A stretch of DNA of 64,000 nt from the NCBI GenBank assembly GCA_965213925.1, contig OZ243927.1, positions 2,176,001-2,240,000 on the forward strand, written 5' to 3'. The notes below the pieces were generated by a model. That model was not told where the DNA came from. It saw only the letters and a program-made list of their open reading frames with translations, and ran no database searches. The stretch comes from Trueperaceae bacterium (lineage in GTDB: Bacteria; Deinococcota; Deinococci; Deinococcales; Trueperaceae). A program made the position numbers and the translations under genes. Of this stretch, positions 29,583 through 38,701 are shown piece after piece (the stretch's first letter is position 1; each line of letters starts with the position of its first letter).

Positions 29583-30401
29583 ATGACCAGAGCCCTCCGC
29601 TGGACCCTCCTCTACGCGCTCCTCCTCTTCTTCGCGCTGGTTTCTGTCGGTCCTTTCTTGTGGCTCGTCTCGACTTCGCTCAAGTCGGGCAACGTCTTCG
29701 CCTATCCGCCGCAGCTTTTACCGGAGGAACCGACGTTAGAGGCGTACATCACCGTCTGGAACGCCCAAGACATGCCCCGCTTCTTATGGAACACCGTGCT
29801 CATCACCTTTTGGGGCGTCTTTGCGAACGTGGCGCTCTCGTCTACGGCGGGTTACGCGCTGGCGCGGGTGCGCTTTCCGGGGCGCAACGTCATCTTCGGG
29901 CTCATCTTGTCCACGCTGGTGCTGCCCGACACGGTGGGCATTATTGTTAACTTCATTACTTTAGCGCGGCTTGGGCTCATCAATACGATCATCGGCGTGG
30001 TGCTGCCTTACGCGGTGGTGGCGGTCAACATCTTTATCATGCGGCAAGCCTTTATTGGCATCCCGAGCGAGCTAGAGGACGCCGCCCGCATCGACGGGGC
30101 GAGCGCGTTCGGCATCTGGTGGCGCATCATGCTGCCGCTGGTGCGCCCCGCCTTGATGACGGTGGTGATTTTTCAGTTCGTCAACATGTGGAACCTCTAT
30201 ATCTGGCCCCTTATCGTCTTGCAAGACCCGGACAAGTACCCGCTGTCGGTGGCGATTGCCAGTTTGACGCAAGGGGAGCTGTCGCTGAACTTCTCCAACA
30301 TCGCGGCGGCGACGGTGATTTCGATCATTCCGGTGATTATCTTATTCTTAGCGTTGCAGCGCTATTTTATTGAAGGCTTAGCGGGTTCGGTCAAAGGGTG
30401 A
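29583..30401 (+). CDS. Sugar ABC permease
   Basis: AGYALAR, ELEDAARIDGA, C-terminal GSVKG. Confidence 0.92.
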   Translation: MTRALRWTLLYALLLFFALVSVGPFLWLVSTSLKSGNVFAYPPQLLPEEPTLEAYITVWNAQDMPRFLWNTVLITFWGVFANVALSSTAGYALARVRFPGRNVIFGLILSTLVLPDTVGIIVNFITLARLGLINTIIGVVLPYAVVAVNIFIMRQAFIGIPSELEDAARIDGASAFGIWWRIMLPLVRPALMTVVIFQFVNMWNLYIWPLIVLQDPDKYPLSVAIASLTQGELSLNFSNIAAATVISIIPVIILFLALQRYFIEGLAGSVKG

Positions 30402-30413
30402 AGTCGGGCTGAC

Positions 30414-31895
30414 GTGACCCTCCTCCTCGTCCCCCCCGACACGCGCCCGCCGACGCTCGCGTTCCCTCGTAACCTCGCGCTAGCTGTCGGTTTGAACGTC
30501 CTTGTCCCGCCACCGGACGCGCTTAACACAATCAATAAACCTGGCGATACCGAAATCCTACGCGAGTGGCTTTTAGACAACGCCGCTGACGCTTCGCTGC
30601 TTATCGTGTCACTCGAGACCCTCACCTTGGGCGGCATGATTCCGGCGCGGCGGGTAGATACTTCTTCGGAAGAGGTGAGGCGTAGGCTGGGGACCCTCCG
30701 CGAACTGAAAGAGGTCAATCCTGAGCTGCGAATCCTAGCGCACGGCGTCATCGTGCGTGTGGCTCACGACAATGACCCTTTGGAAGAGAAGCCTTATTAC
30801 GGGGTGTGGGGTGACGCACTGCGGCGCTACTCTGAGCTAAGTGACCGCCGTTCAAGAGGTGAGGATGTCTCCCTACCGAGTGACGTACCTATGGATATTC
30901 TGGAGAACTGGCTCACCACGCGGCGGCGCAACCATCAGCTTCACTTGGACGCTTTGGACCTCGTGGCGGAAGAGGTGTTGGAGCATCTCTGTTTAACGCT
31001 GGATGATACGAGCACCTACGGACTCGCCGCACAGGACAGGCGAGCGTTAGAAGCGAAAACGGATAACTCGGGTTTGTGGTCTCAGGTAGACATCTACCCC
31101 GGCGCAGATGAGGTTCCTGCAACCCTACTCGCGAGAGCGCTCAATCCCGAACCGCTTAGGGTAGCGGTGCGCTATCCGAGTGTGAAGAGTCCTCTAGCAG
31201 AGATGCGCTACGAAGACCGTTGCTTGGGCGAACTCGTCAAGGCGCACTTGCGGGCGGCGCACGCGGTAGAAGTCGAGTGCGCCGAGGACGCTGACCTTAT
31301 CTTGGCGGTGAACGCGCCTGCGCTGAAACAAGGAGAGGTGCAGCCGGATTACGCCACGGTAGACACCGCCGAGCGGCACTTACCCTTATTTGTGGAGCGC
31401 GTGAAAGGGTGGTTGGGGCAAGGCGTCCCCGTCACCCTCGCCGACGTCGCCTACGCCAATGGAGCCGAAGCGCGGCTCATAAAGTTACTCGCCGCGCAAG
31501 TGCGGCTGAGCGACCTCTCAGGGTTTAGCGCGTGGAATACGGCAGGCAATTCGCTCGGTGGTGCGTTGGCGCAAGGGCTTCTTGCGCACAGAGTCCAGCG
31601 TCAGGATAAGTGGCTCGGGCTGCGTTTCAACCGTTTCGTGGACGACTACCTCTACCAAACTTTAGTTCGCGCAGAAGCCTACGCTGCGTTGCCCAATCCT
31701 GACCCTTTCGACCTCGGTGAACGGGTTGAACAAGCCGAAATCGCGATTGATAAGCACATCCGACCTCTTGCCGAAACCCTCTGGGCTGAGCACTTCGCTG
31801 ACGAAACGCACGACCTCATCTGGCAGCCTGCCCGCCTCGCCTGGGCTCGACTCTTTACAGGGGTGTTCGAGTTTCAGGTGAAAGTGAAGGGGTAG
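30414..31895 (+). CDS. DUF4127-like protein
   Basis: N-terminal PPDTRP, GGMIPAR, LDD, YPGADEV, YED, ADVAYANG, AWNTAGNSLG, DDYLYQ (family recognised from memory). Confidence 0.75.
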   Translation: MTLLLVPPDTRPPTLAFPRNLALAVGLNVLVPPPDALNTINKPGDTEILREWLLDNAADASLLIVSLETLTLGGMIPARRVDTSSEEVRRRLGTLRELKEVNPELRILAHGVIVRVAHDNDPLEEKPYYGVWGDALRRYSELSDRRSRGEDVSLPSDVPMDILENWLTTRRRNHQLHLDALDLVAEEVLEHLCLTLDDTSTYGLAAQDRRALEAKTDNSGLWSQVDIYPGADEVPATLLARALNPEPLRVAVRYPSVKSPLAEMRYEDRCLGELVKAHLRAAHAVEVECAEDADLILAVNAPALKQGEVQPDYATVDTAERHLPLFVERVKGWLGQGVPVTLADVAYANGAEARLIKLLAAQVRLSDLSGFSAWNTAGNSLGGALAQGLLAHRVQRQDKWLGLRFNRFVDDYLYQTLVRAEAYAALPNPDPFDLGERVEQAEIAIDKHIRPLAETLWAEHFADETHDLIWQPARLAWARLFTGVFEFQVKVKG

Positions 31896-32008
31896 AGACG
31901 TGCCATACTCGCTTTTGGATAAGGTGAATCGACAACGGTTCGATGGGAGATTCGGATGAGCTTTACTTTTAGTTCGACTGGAATAAATACTTTACTTCTT
32001 TGGTTCGT

Positions 32009-34876
32009 ATGCTGACCCTCCAGCAGCGCCTCCTCCGTGCTCAGGCGCGCGTGCTCGAGCTGTCACTCTGGAAGGTGAGAGCGCACGTGCAACTTGGCGG
32101 CTGGCACTGGGATGGTCAACCTCTTCGGATGGGCGACGCTTGGCACGAGCGCGAGGGCGTTCACTATCTGACCTGTAAAGAGGTGCGTGTACCGGATGAG
32201 TGGAGCTTAGACGAGAGTTTTTTGCATCTGAACGTGGGTGGGGAGAGCTTATTGAGCATAGAGTACGAGGGAGAGACCGAACGCTTCGGTCTCAACCCGC
32301 ACCACGAGCACTTCCCGCTGTTGGGACGGAATTTCTCTATTCACACGGAATCCGTCGCTCGCTTCGAGTTCGGCGTGCCGAACCCTGATCCGCGTTTGGA
32401 GGTGGCGCGGCTCGAGTGGCGAGACAGCGGCGTCGCTTCCCTGGTGAGGCTCCTTAGCGTGACGCTCGAGACCGCCGAGTGCCTCGCTAAAAATCAGCCC
32501 GTCCATGAAGTCGCGCCGCTGCTTATCAAGGCGGCTGAACGCGCAATTCGGTCGGTGGCGTTGCCCTCGCACACCCCTCTTTATACTGCCCGTACCCTCG
32601 GAGAGTTCGACACGCCGCCTATCTGGAAAGCCCCCGACGTTGACAGCCATCCGCCCGGTCTCAGCGACGAGGGGCGCGAAAGCGTGCGCCGAGCACAGGG
32701 GACTTTGGAGGAAGACCTCGCGCAACTCCGCACCTGGTTCCCCAAGGTTGGAAAACTCTGTCTGAGCGGTCACGCGCACCTAGACCTCGCCTGGCTCTGG
32801 CCCCTGGACGAATCCAAACGCAAAGCCCGGCGCACCGCCTACACGCAACTCGCGTTGATGAAACGCTACCCCGAGTTCCGCTTCAACCAGTCCTCGGCGC
32901 AGTGGTATGCGTGGCTGGAGGAGGACGCGGACCTCTTCGGGAGTATCCAAACGGCGGTGCAAAGAGGTCAGTGGGAGGTTGTGGGTGGCATGTGGGTGGA
33001 GCCCGATATGAACCTCTTGGCGGGCGAGTCGGTGGTGCGACAGCTTCTCTACGGACAGCGTTATTTCGAGCGGCACTTCGGCGCAACGTGTGACACCGCG
33101 TGGCTCCCGGACTGCTTCGGCTTCTCGGGTTCGGTGCCGCAGCTTTTAAGAGGCGCGGGCATCCGCAACTTCTTCACCGCCAAGCTCAACTGGAATGAGA
33201 CGACGAAATTTCCACACGACCTCTTCTGGTGGGAGGGCTTGGACGGGTCCAGAGTTCTCACCCACACCCTCGACAACAAGCCTTTCGGTGAGGGCTACAA
33301 CGGTATCGTGCGCCCCGAATCGCTACTGCGCACGTGGGGCAACTACCGCGGCAAGACGGCTCACCGCGAGAGCCTCTTTGCGGCGGGCTGGGGCGACGGG
33401 GGCGGCGGTCCGACGCCGGAGATGTTGGAGGACGCCCGCGCTATGACGCACCTTCCCGTCGTCCCCGAAGCGACATGGGGCAGCGTGAGTGACTTCTTCG
33501 CCCGTGCAAGAGAGAGCGCCGAGCGCGAGCCCATTTCCCTCTGGCAAGGCGAGATGTACTTGGAGTTTCACCGGGGCACCTACACCTCGCAGGAGCGCAC
33601 CAAAAACCTCCACCGCCGCGCTGAGGTTGCGTTGGTCGAGGCAGAAATGGACTCGAGCCTCGCCTACCTCCAGTCTCGAGCTGAGCAGAAGGATGATAGG
33701 GGATATCCTAAGTCGCTCGAGTCCAAATGGCACACCGTTCTCCTAAGCGAGTTTCACGACATCTTGCCGGGCACATCTATACGAGAGGTTTACGAAGAGG
33801 TTGAGCCGATGTTAGGGGAGATGTTGGCGTCGTTGCCGCCTGCCGAAGAGGTCCACAATCCTGATGTAAAACAATCTGAGATAAAACAAGAGGTGCGGCA
33901 AGATGGGCTCGAGAACGCCCACCTCCGCGCCGCCTTTTCATCCTCCGGACACCTCACCAGCCTGTTCGATAAACGCGCCGGGCGCGAACTGCTGAGCGAG
34001 CCGAGCAACGCGCTTTGGGTCTACCCGGATAAGCCGCGCCGCTGGGACGCCTGGGATGTCGAGGATTTGCACGCGCCTTACAGCGTTCCCGGTGAGCCGT
34101 TGCACGCCGAGTACGCCGAAGTTGTGGAAGAGGGTCTGGCGGTTCACTACGTTTTTCGCGAGAGTCGCGTCGTGCAAACGTACCATTTAGTAGGGAGGCG
34201 GCTCGAGGTCCAGACCGAACTCGAGTGGCGTGAGCGGCGGCACCGGTTGAACGCCGTTTTCGGGCTGCGCGGAATTGGACCCTTGCTCACAGGAACAGCG
34301 TTCGGCTTTCACACCCGCTCACCTCTTTTGACGAGTAGAGCGCGTCAAGCCAAGTTCGAAGTGCCGATGCAGGGCTTCGCCGCGCTTTTAGGAACAGATG
34401 GCTATGCGCCCGCGCTCCTTGCGAGCGGGCGCTATGGTCTCTCACTGCGCTCACTCGGGAGGGCGACGGAGTTAAGCCTATCGCTTCTGCGCTCACCCGT
34501 CTATCCCGACCCCTACGCCGACGAGGGAGCGCACACCTTTCGTTACGCACTTACAGCAGGTCACTTCGCGCAGGGCGAGGTTCATGCGGAATTAGCGTCA
34601 TTTGAGAACCGTTCGACCTCGGCGGTTTACGAATGGCTGGGGTTGGACGAAAAGGGACCGTTGGAGTTAGCCGCGCTCAAAAGAGCCGAGGACGGGGACG
34701 GGCTCATCGTCCGGTTTGCTGAGCGCTTCGGGCTCTACGCTTCACCTCCCCAGAGGCTCGAGCTAAAAGGTTGGCGCGTCCAAGAGGTTGACCTCTTAGA
34801 GCGCGAGCTTGAAACGACCTCTTTCGACTTCGCCCCTTTTCAGGTGCGCTCATACCGTTTAACCGAGGATGGTTGA
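32009..34876 (+). CDS. Alpha-mannosidase, GH38
   Basis: GHAHLDLAWLWP, GGMWVEPD, WLPDCFG, GDGGGGP, LEFHRGTYTSQ, FHDILPG. Confidence 0.92.
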   Translation: MLTLQQRLLRAQARVLELSLWKVRAHVQLGGWHWDGQPLRMGDAWHEREGVHYLTCKEVRVPDEWSLDESFLHLNVGGESLLSIEYEGETERFGLNPHHEHFPLLGRNFSIHTESVARFEFGVPNPDPRLEVARLEWRDSGVASLVRLLSVTLETAECLAKNQPVHEVAPLLIKAAERAIRSVALPSHTPLYTARTLGEFDTPPIWKAPDVDSHPPGLSDEGRESVRRAQGTLEEDLAQLRTWFPKVGKLCLSGHAHLDLAWLWPLDESKRKARRTAYTQLALMKRYPEFRFNQSSAQWYAWLEEDADLFGSIQTAVQRGQWEVVGGMWVEPDMNLLAGESVVRQLLYGQRYFERHFGATCDTAWLPDCFGFSGSVPQLLRGAGIRNFFTAKLNWNETTKFPHDLFWWEGLDGSRVLTHTLDNKPFGEGYNGIVRPESLLRTWGNYRGKTAHRESLFAAGWGDGGGGPTPEMLEDARAMTHLPVVPEATWGSVSDFFARARESAEREPISLWQGEMYLEFHRGTYTSQERTKNLHRRAEVALVEAEMDSSLAYLQSRAEQKDDRGYPKSLESKWHTVLLSEFHDILPGTSIREVYEEVEPMLGEMLASLPPAEEVHNPDVKQSEIKQEVRQDGLENAHLRAAFSSSGHLTSLFDKRAGRELLSEPSNALWVYPDKPRRWDAWDVEDLHAPYSVPGEPLHAEYAEVVEEGLAVHYVFRESRVVQTYHLVGRRLEVQTELEWRERRHRLNAVFGLRGIGPLLTGTAFGFHTRSPLLTSRARQAKFEVPMQGFAALLGTDGYAPALLASGRYGLSLRSLGRATELSLSLLRSPVYPDPYADEGAHTFRYALTAGHFAQGEVHAELASFENRSTSAVYEWLGLDEKGPLELAALKRAEDGDGLIVRFAERFGLYASPPQRLELKGWRVQEVDLLERELETTSFDFAPFQVRSYRLTEDG

Positions 34877-36383
34877 GACGCTCGAGGCTGACGTCGCTAT
34901 CATCGGCGGCAGCTTGGGCGGTGTCGCCGCCGCGCTCGCGGCTTGTGAGATGGGCTGCACCGTCATTCTAAGCGAGGAGACAGACTGGCTAGGCGGACAA
35001 CTCAGCGCTCAGGGCGTCTCGGCGTTAGATGAGCACGAACGCACCGAAACGCACGCGAACGCTCGCTATCTGGAGTTGCGCCGCCGCATCCGTGAGCATT
35101 ATGTTAAAAGGGGTGCGCCGCGCTTTATGCCGGACTCTGCGTTTAATCCGGTGCCATTAAATCCTGGCAACGCTTGGGTCAGTCGGCTCTGTTTTGAACC
35201 TCTTGTCGGCGTCAAAGTAATACGTGAAATGCTCCGCCCGTTTGAGCGAGCGGGGCAACTCGAGGTGCTGCTTCAGCATCGCCCCGTCGCCGCTAAAGTC
35301 GCGGGTGAAGAGGTGCGAGAGGTGAGGCTCGAGGCTCCACACACGCACGTCACCCTTCGCGCCGACCTCTTCCTAGACGCCACCGACTTGGGCGACCTCT
35401 TGCCGCTGACGCATACACCTTTCGTCACGGGTGCGGAATCTCGGTTTGATACGGGCGAACCTCACGCGCCCGAAAAGGCAAATCCAAATGAGGTGCAGAG
35501 TTTCACCGCCTGCTTTGCGGTTGAGTATTGCCCCGGCGAATCCCACGTCATTCCGGAACCAGAAGGTTACGAAACCCTCCGGGACGCTCAGCCTTACAGC
35601 TTGAGCTTGGATATTGACACAGGGCAAGAGAAGCATTTCAAGATGTTCGCTGAAGGTGAAAACGGCGAACTCCCTTTCTGGACGTACCGCCGCTTGCTGG
35701 ACGCGGAACTTGTAGGCGTGCCGAACGACGTCGCGCTGATCAACTGGGCGAGCAACGACTACAGCGGGCTGAGTCTGTTGGAGGATTACGAACGCGCCTG
35801 GGCAGAAGCCAAACGTCTCTCGCTAGGGTTTCTCTACTGGCTTCAGACCGAAACCCCTCGAGGTGAGGGCGACGGGAAAAATAAGTGTGGCTTCCCCGAG
35901 CTAAAGCTGCGCCCCAACGTGATGGGAACTTCGGACGGGCTCGCTAAAGCGCCCTACGTCCGTGAATCTAGGCGAATCGTTGGCTTAGAGCGCGTCCTCG
36001 AGCAGCACCTCACAGGCGCTCACGATTGGCACATACCCGTCGCCATCGGCTGGTATCCGCTCGACTTGCACCCTTGCGTAGGCAACCCCAAAAGCTCCAT
36101 GTATCACCCCACCCGCCCTTTCACCCTGCCGCTCGGCGCACTGATTCCGCAGACGCGCACGAACCTCCTAGCGGCGTGTAAAAACGTGAGCACGACGCAC
36201 CTGAGTAACGGCGCGTGCCGCGTCCACCACGTCGAGTGGGCGCTAGGCGAGGCGGCGGGTGTCGTGGCGGCGCTCTGCGTTCAGGAGCGGTGCACGCCGC
36301 ATGAGGTGCACGCTTCGCAGAGGTTGCAAAAGAGGTTGGCTGAACGCTTCGCGCAGCAAAACATCCTCATCTCGTGGACGTGA
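34869..36383 (+). CDS. FAD-dependent oxidoreductase
   Basis: IIGGSLGGVAAA, LGGQLSAQGV, DATDLGDL, PYVRESRR, GACRVH. Confidence 0.85.
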   Translation: MVETLEADVAIIGGSLGGVAAALAACEMGCTVILSEETDWLGGQLSAQGVSALDEHERTETHANARYLELRRRIREHYVKRGAPRFMPDSAFNPVPLNPGNAWVSRLCFEPLVGVKVIREMLRPFERAGQLEVLLQHRPVAAKVAGEEVREVRLEAPHTHVTLRADLFLDATDLGDLLPLTHTPFVTGAESRFDTGEPHAPEKANPNEVQSFTACFAVEYCPGESHVIPEPEGYETLRDAQPYSLSLDIDTGQEKHFKMFAEGENGELPFWTYRRLLDAELVGVPNDVALINWASNDYSGLSLLEDYERAWAEAKRLSLGFLYWLQTETPRGEGDGKNKCGFPELKLRPNVMGTSDGLAKAPYVRESRRIVGLERVLEQHLTGAHDWHIPVAIGWYPLDLHPCVGNPKSSMYHPTRPFTLPLGALIPQTRTNLLAACKNVSTTHLSNGACRVHHVEWALGEAAGVVAALCVQERCTPHEVHASQRLQKRLAERFAQQNILISWT

Positions 36384-36406
36384 CGCTGAATTGAATGAGG
36401 TAGCGT

Positions 36407-37030
36407 TTAAGTCTGGCGGAGTTTCTGTCCCATATAGACCTCTTGCGGCTCCTCGAGTAAAACCTCAAAGCCTACCCGTTTATAAAACTCGAAAGCCCTC
36501 TGATTACTCGTCCCCAAACCGAGATGGACGCCCGCTGAGCCGCGCCGCCTGAGTTCGCCCAGTAGCGTTTCCATCAGCTTACGCCCCCAACCTTGACCTT
36601 GTGCGCGCGGCAAGAGGTCGATGTGGAGGTGCGAGGGATACGCGGTTAAATCGACGGGTTTAGAGAGGTCGGGGTGATGGACTCTGTTATAAAGGCGCTC
36701 AGAGGGCGTCCAGTCCGGGTTACCTGATGGGTCGGGCAACGTCGCTTGTAGCGGGGGGAGCCACTCGAGCCGATACCGCTCATTGAACCTCTCCGTACCG
36801 AACGCACCTAAGATATAACCCACGACCTCCCCTTCACCCTCTCTCTCATCCGCAAGCATAAAGGCGAGTTCGGGCTCGAGCGTCACGTAGGGTCCTGCGT
36901 AGAGGTGTCCTAAGATATTGGGGTCACTGTAAAGTTCGCTAGCGTCGTCTCCCGAGTTGCCCGTACGGAGGCAGATGTCGTAGACCGCGCTCAGGTCTCG
37001 CGCGTCATAAGGGCGGATGGAGAAAGCCAT
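36407..37030 (-). CDS. GNAT acetyltransferase
   Basis: ICLRTG, HLHIDLLPRAQGQGWG, N.RA..FY...GF; start moved to ATG at 37030. Confidence 0.88.
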   Translation of the reverse strand: MAFSIRPYDARDLSAVYDICLRTGNSGDDASELYSDPNILGHLYAGPYVTLEPELAFMLADEREGEGEVVGYILGAFGTERFNERYRLEWLPPLQATLPDPSGNPDWTPSERLYNRVHHPDLSKPVDLTAYPSHLHIDLLPRAQGQGWGRKLMETLLGELRRRGSAGVHLGLGTSNQRAFEFYKRVGFEVLLEEPQEVYMGQKLRQT

Positions 37031-37115
37031 AAAAGAGTCTAAGCGTTTTCCTTCACACGTGTTCTTGAATCGCGCCTTACGCCGTCTCACAGGCACTTCG
37101 CGGTAAGGTAAAAGG

Positions 37116-38066
37116 GTGAAAGAGGGTCGCCAAAAGAGCTGTTGTGCTCCTTCGCGTTCGGCGAATGAGGCTCGAATCGGCTCGAGTGAGGGCAGTGCTG
37201 CAAAAAGCTCAATGAACAGTTCCGTAGAAGGAATGGTTTATCTTGAAGGTGGGAGCTTCCTCATGGGCACCGACGAGCCGACCTTTCCCGCCGACGGCGA
37301 GGGTCCGGTGCGCGAGGTGACGCTCTCGCCTTTTTGGATAGACCCCTTTGCTGTCACCAATGCGCAGTTCGCGGCGTTTGTCGAAGCGACAGGTTACACC
37401 AGCGAAGCGGAGCGTTTCGGCTGGTCGTTCGTGTTCTATCAGTTTTTACCTGAAGACGCGCCGCCGACACAGGGCGTCGCGGACGCTCCCTGGTGGCGGC
37501 AGGTCTTCGGCGCGTGTTGGCACCGTCCCGAAGGTTCACGCTCATCGGTGGACGGGCGTCTGAACCATCCTGTGATTCACGTCTCTTGGAATGACGCTAT
37601 AGCTTACGCGACTTGGGCGGGCAAACGCTTACCGACAGAAGCGGAGTGGGAATACGCCGCAAGGGGTGGGCTCGAGCAAAACACCTTTCCTTGGGGAGAC
37701 CGCTTGGTCCCCAACAAAAAGCACCGCTGCAACATCTGGCAAGGGACCTTTCCGAGCAAGAACACCGCCAAGGACGGCTTTGTCGGCACTGCGCCCGTAG
37801 ACGCTTTTGAGCCGAACGGCTACGGGCTCCACAACGTAACGGGCAACACGTGGGAGTGGTGTGGCGACTGGTGGGGCACCTCTCACGGAAAAGGACCCTA
37901 CCTCAATCCGCGCGGACCCGAAGAGGGTGGAGCCAAAGTCATCAAGGGCGGCTCTTACCTCTGCCACGCTTCGTACTGCAACCGCTACCGGGTGGCGGCC
38001 AGAACGTCGAACACGCCGGACAGCACAACGGGGCACATGGGCTTTCGGGTGGTGCGGGATGCCTGA
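37116..38066 (+). CDS. Formylglycine-generating enzyme
   Basis: RLPTEAEWEYAARG, GNTWEW, KGGSYLCHASYCNRYRVAAR with both catalytic Cys, GFR. Confidence 0.92.
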   Translation: MKEGRQKSCCAPSRSANEARIGSSEGSAAKSSMNSSVEGMVYLEGGSFLMGTDEPTFPADGEGPVREVTLSPFWIDPFAVTNAQFAAFVEATGYTSEAERFGWSFVFYQFLPEDAPPTQGVADAPWWRQVFGACWHRPEGSRSSVDGRLNHPVIHVSWNDAIAYATWAGKRLPTEAEWEYAARGGLEQNTFPWGDRLVPNKKHRCNIWQGTFPSKNTAKDGFVGTAPVDAFEPNGYGLHNVTGNTWEWCGDWWGTSHGKGPYLNPRGPEEGGAKVIKGGSYLCHASYCNRYRVAARTSNTPDSTTGHMGFRVVRDA

Positions 38067-38146
38067 GCTAAGAGGTGCGGAGCCCACCGAACAGTCTGAA
38101 TAGATAGGGGTGAGGTAAATTGCACCTAACTTTTTAGGGGGACGAG

Positions 38147-38461
38147 ATGAAACACATTCAGATGCAGCTTGATGGTAGTGGACAGTTCTTTAACGTCATC
38201 GCCGAAACCAGCCGCTCGCAGGTCGCCGCGATGACGCTGACAAAAGGTCAGACGACAGGCGGACCGAACAACAAGCATAAGAGCAGCGACCAGTGGCTTT
38301 ACGTTATTTCGGGCACGGGCGAAGCGGTTGTGGCAGGGGAGAGCGTCCAACTTTCGCCCGGTAGCCTCTTGCTGATAGAAGCAGGCGAAACGCATGAGAT
38401 CAGCAACTCAGGTGATGAGCCTCTGCAGACGGTCAACATCTACGCGCCGCCTGAGTACTGA
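38147..38461 (+). CDS. Cupin domain protein
   Basis: H..SDQWLYVISGTG, AGETHEI, YAPPEY. Confidence 0.85.
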   Translation: MKHIQMQLDGSGQFFNVIAETSRSQVAAMTLTKGQTTGGPNNKHKSSDQWLYVISGTGEAVVAGESVQLSPGSLLLIEAGETHEISNSGDEPLQTVNIYAPPEY

Positions 38462-38701
38462 GCTTTTGCCACAAGCTTAGGGAAGAATCCTGCTCAAGTC
38501 CACCGCCTGCGCACTGATTTCTAAAACTTCAGGCACACTACCTTCTAAGCTCGTCTGCGAGCCGAGCTTAATGATGTTCACTTATCTGCTATACTCACCT
38601 TGCCGAGCTTCGGCGTTCTATGCGTGACTAATACCTTTTCCTAATTCCTATCAGGCGCGTGCTTGTGAGCACGCGAGCTTCCCCTTTGGAAAGGTGTTTT
38701 T

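Noticed and set aside
29329..29586. 85-aa ORF between two permeases
   Set aside because: No recognisable motifs and it runs through the heptamer repeats; more likely a spacer or remnant, though not excluded
38571..38627. 18-codon uORF MMFTYLLYSPCRASAFYA as ABC-F leader peptide
   Set aside because: It starts upstream of the best -10 element and has no SD, so it is probably not transcribed
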